A model generated the notes under the pieces. It saw nothing but the letters and a program-made list of their open reading frames with translations. It did no database searches and had not been told where the DNA came from. A stretch of 60,414 nt of DNA, filler included, from Perkinsus olseni (lineage: Eukaryota): NCBI GenBank assembly GCA_013115125.1. It is 2 parts of 2 records of this genome, joined end to end, with 100 filler letters (N's around TTAATTAATTAA, not from the genome) between each part and the next. Parts side by side here need not be neighbours in the genome. Positions count along the whole stretch, not along the records: positions 30,286 to 60,414 come from JABANN010000426.1; 1 more part is not named here. The stretch is one strand, 5' to 3'. How positions within the stretch are numbered: position 1 is the first letter of the stretch; every line of letters begins with the position of its first letter. Below, piece by piece: positions 59,327 through 60,414 of this stretch. Made by a program: the position numbers and the translations under genes.

Positions 59327-60414
59327 TCATGCCATGACACTGAAAGTAACCTCATCCACACTCATCGCTTTTATGAACTCACCTGTTCCATAAAGGATGC
59401 GACGCCGCCGAGATCCTCCTCCAGTTTCTCCAGCATCATCTTCCTCGCGTCGGAGTCCGTAGTGTCCTGAGATCGACGCTATCAAGAAGGTGAACTTCTC
59501 GTACTTATTCACCCTGAGTGTATCCTTGGAAGTCAAATCGGTTGGATCAGTGTATTCAAATAACCGCCTCAAGTCTATCTCCGAGAAATATCTGGCAAAG
59601 ATCAAGATCTTTGTGCGCGTGAGTTCTAAGCCCAGCGCCAAGAGCCGACTTAGACTGGCACCGATGTATCTAGTTTTCGATCGTAGAGAAATGCGGACAT
59701 ATCGTAGATATTGCCCGCCTTGCCCCAGCTGAGTTGGGGTGGCAGGTTTTCTGACTGCCTGCCTTCCTCGCGTTTCTCTCTGAAGGCCAGCCGGCGCAGT
59801 TTTGGGCATCCAAAGATTCTCGTGATGGTTTTCTGTATTCTCTTGCGGAGAGGATAGGCGAGGTGATTGACTTTTACGGGAGGCAGGTCAGGTGGTGGTC
59901 AAGCGTGGTGCTATGCCCATCTGGATTCGGTGCATAGCCTTCATGGAGTGATCGAGCTTGTGTTCATGTTGGTAGGGTTTGCACGAGGGTGCCTACTAGG
60001 CTCAATCACACAGGCTAGTCAATCACACACCAGCTGGTTCAACAACCTTTGTTGCAAAGATCCGTGACTGGAAAGTCTTTGAAGGTATAGGGCGTTGTAG
60101 TGTATAGCGGCTGTGGCAGTGGCTACGTGGTAGTCCGTGATTTGGCATGCGAGATGAGAAGTGTCTGTTGAGCATGGTGTTCGACGCCGAGTCGAGTCGA
60201 CTAGGCTTAATGAGGTCTGTTTGGCTGATCGGGTCGTAACCTCGTGGCGGTCGTTAACAGCGAGCAAGCGTTCACTGGTGTCGGAGTAGCCAGTCGGAGA
60301 GGTTTCTTCCTTTTGTACGACGCTAGAGTTTCTACGAGGTGGGGGGACCCGGAGTGGCTCGGGGTTTTGGAGTTTGATGGTCTTGACGTAATCTCCTTAC
60401 CCTAGCTACTCCCG
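59327..60414 (-). CDS. 3' part of a hypothetical multi-exon gene entering from beyond the window
   Basis: Coding-like block ASLSRLLALGLELTRTKILIFARYFSEIDLRRLFEY.. with candidate GT donors nearby. Boundaries are uncertain and no family is recognised. Confidence 0.35.

Overview
Eukaryotic protist genomic DNA, most likely Perkinsus (inferred from dense ~45-60 nt GT-AG introns, tightly packed co-oriented genes and a RAP/HPR-type repeat protein; not proven). A synthetic 100-bp spacer (44 N + TTAATTAATTAA + 44 N, 30186-30285) splits the window into two contigs whose adjacency is not guaranteed. The left contig is almost all minus strand: 5' end of a secreted protein, a ~17.8 kb multi-exon gene for a giant secreted modular protein (LNR-like, EGF, furin-like, Calx-beta, PA14-like, filamin/Ig, roughly 20+ sushi/CCP, LamG), an OSCA/TMEM63 channel, a RAP-domain helical-repeat protein, an orphan ORF, a degenerate tRNA-Arg and an Acl4-like TPR chaperone. 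The right contig holds the PP2A scaffold subunit, Prp4, an orphan secreted protein, an ankyrin protein, a CCCH zinc-finger protein, Nup62/Nsp1, Vps24/CHMP3, an SLC19 carrier, a PIF/Harbinger-like MITE and two tandem amino-acid transporters. The most unusual signal is two short introns made largely of tRNA 3' halves that break off at the anticodon loop, where the loop coincides with a splice signal. Multi-exon coordinates were spliced by eye and give the gene span, not exact exon lists.
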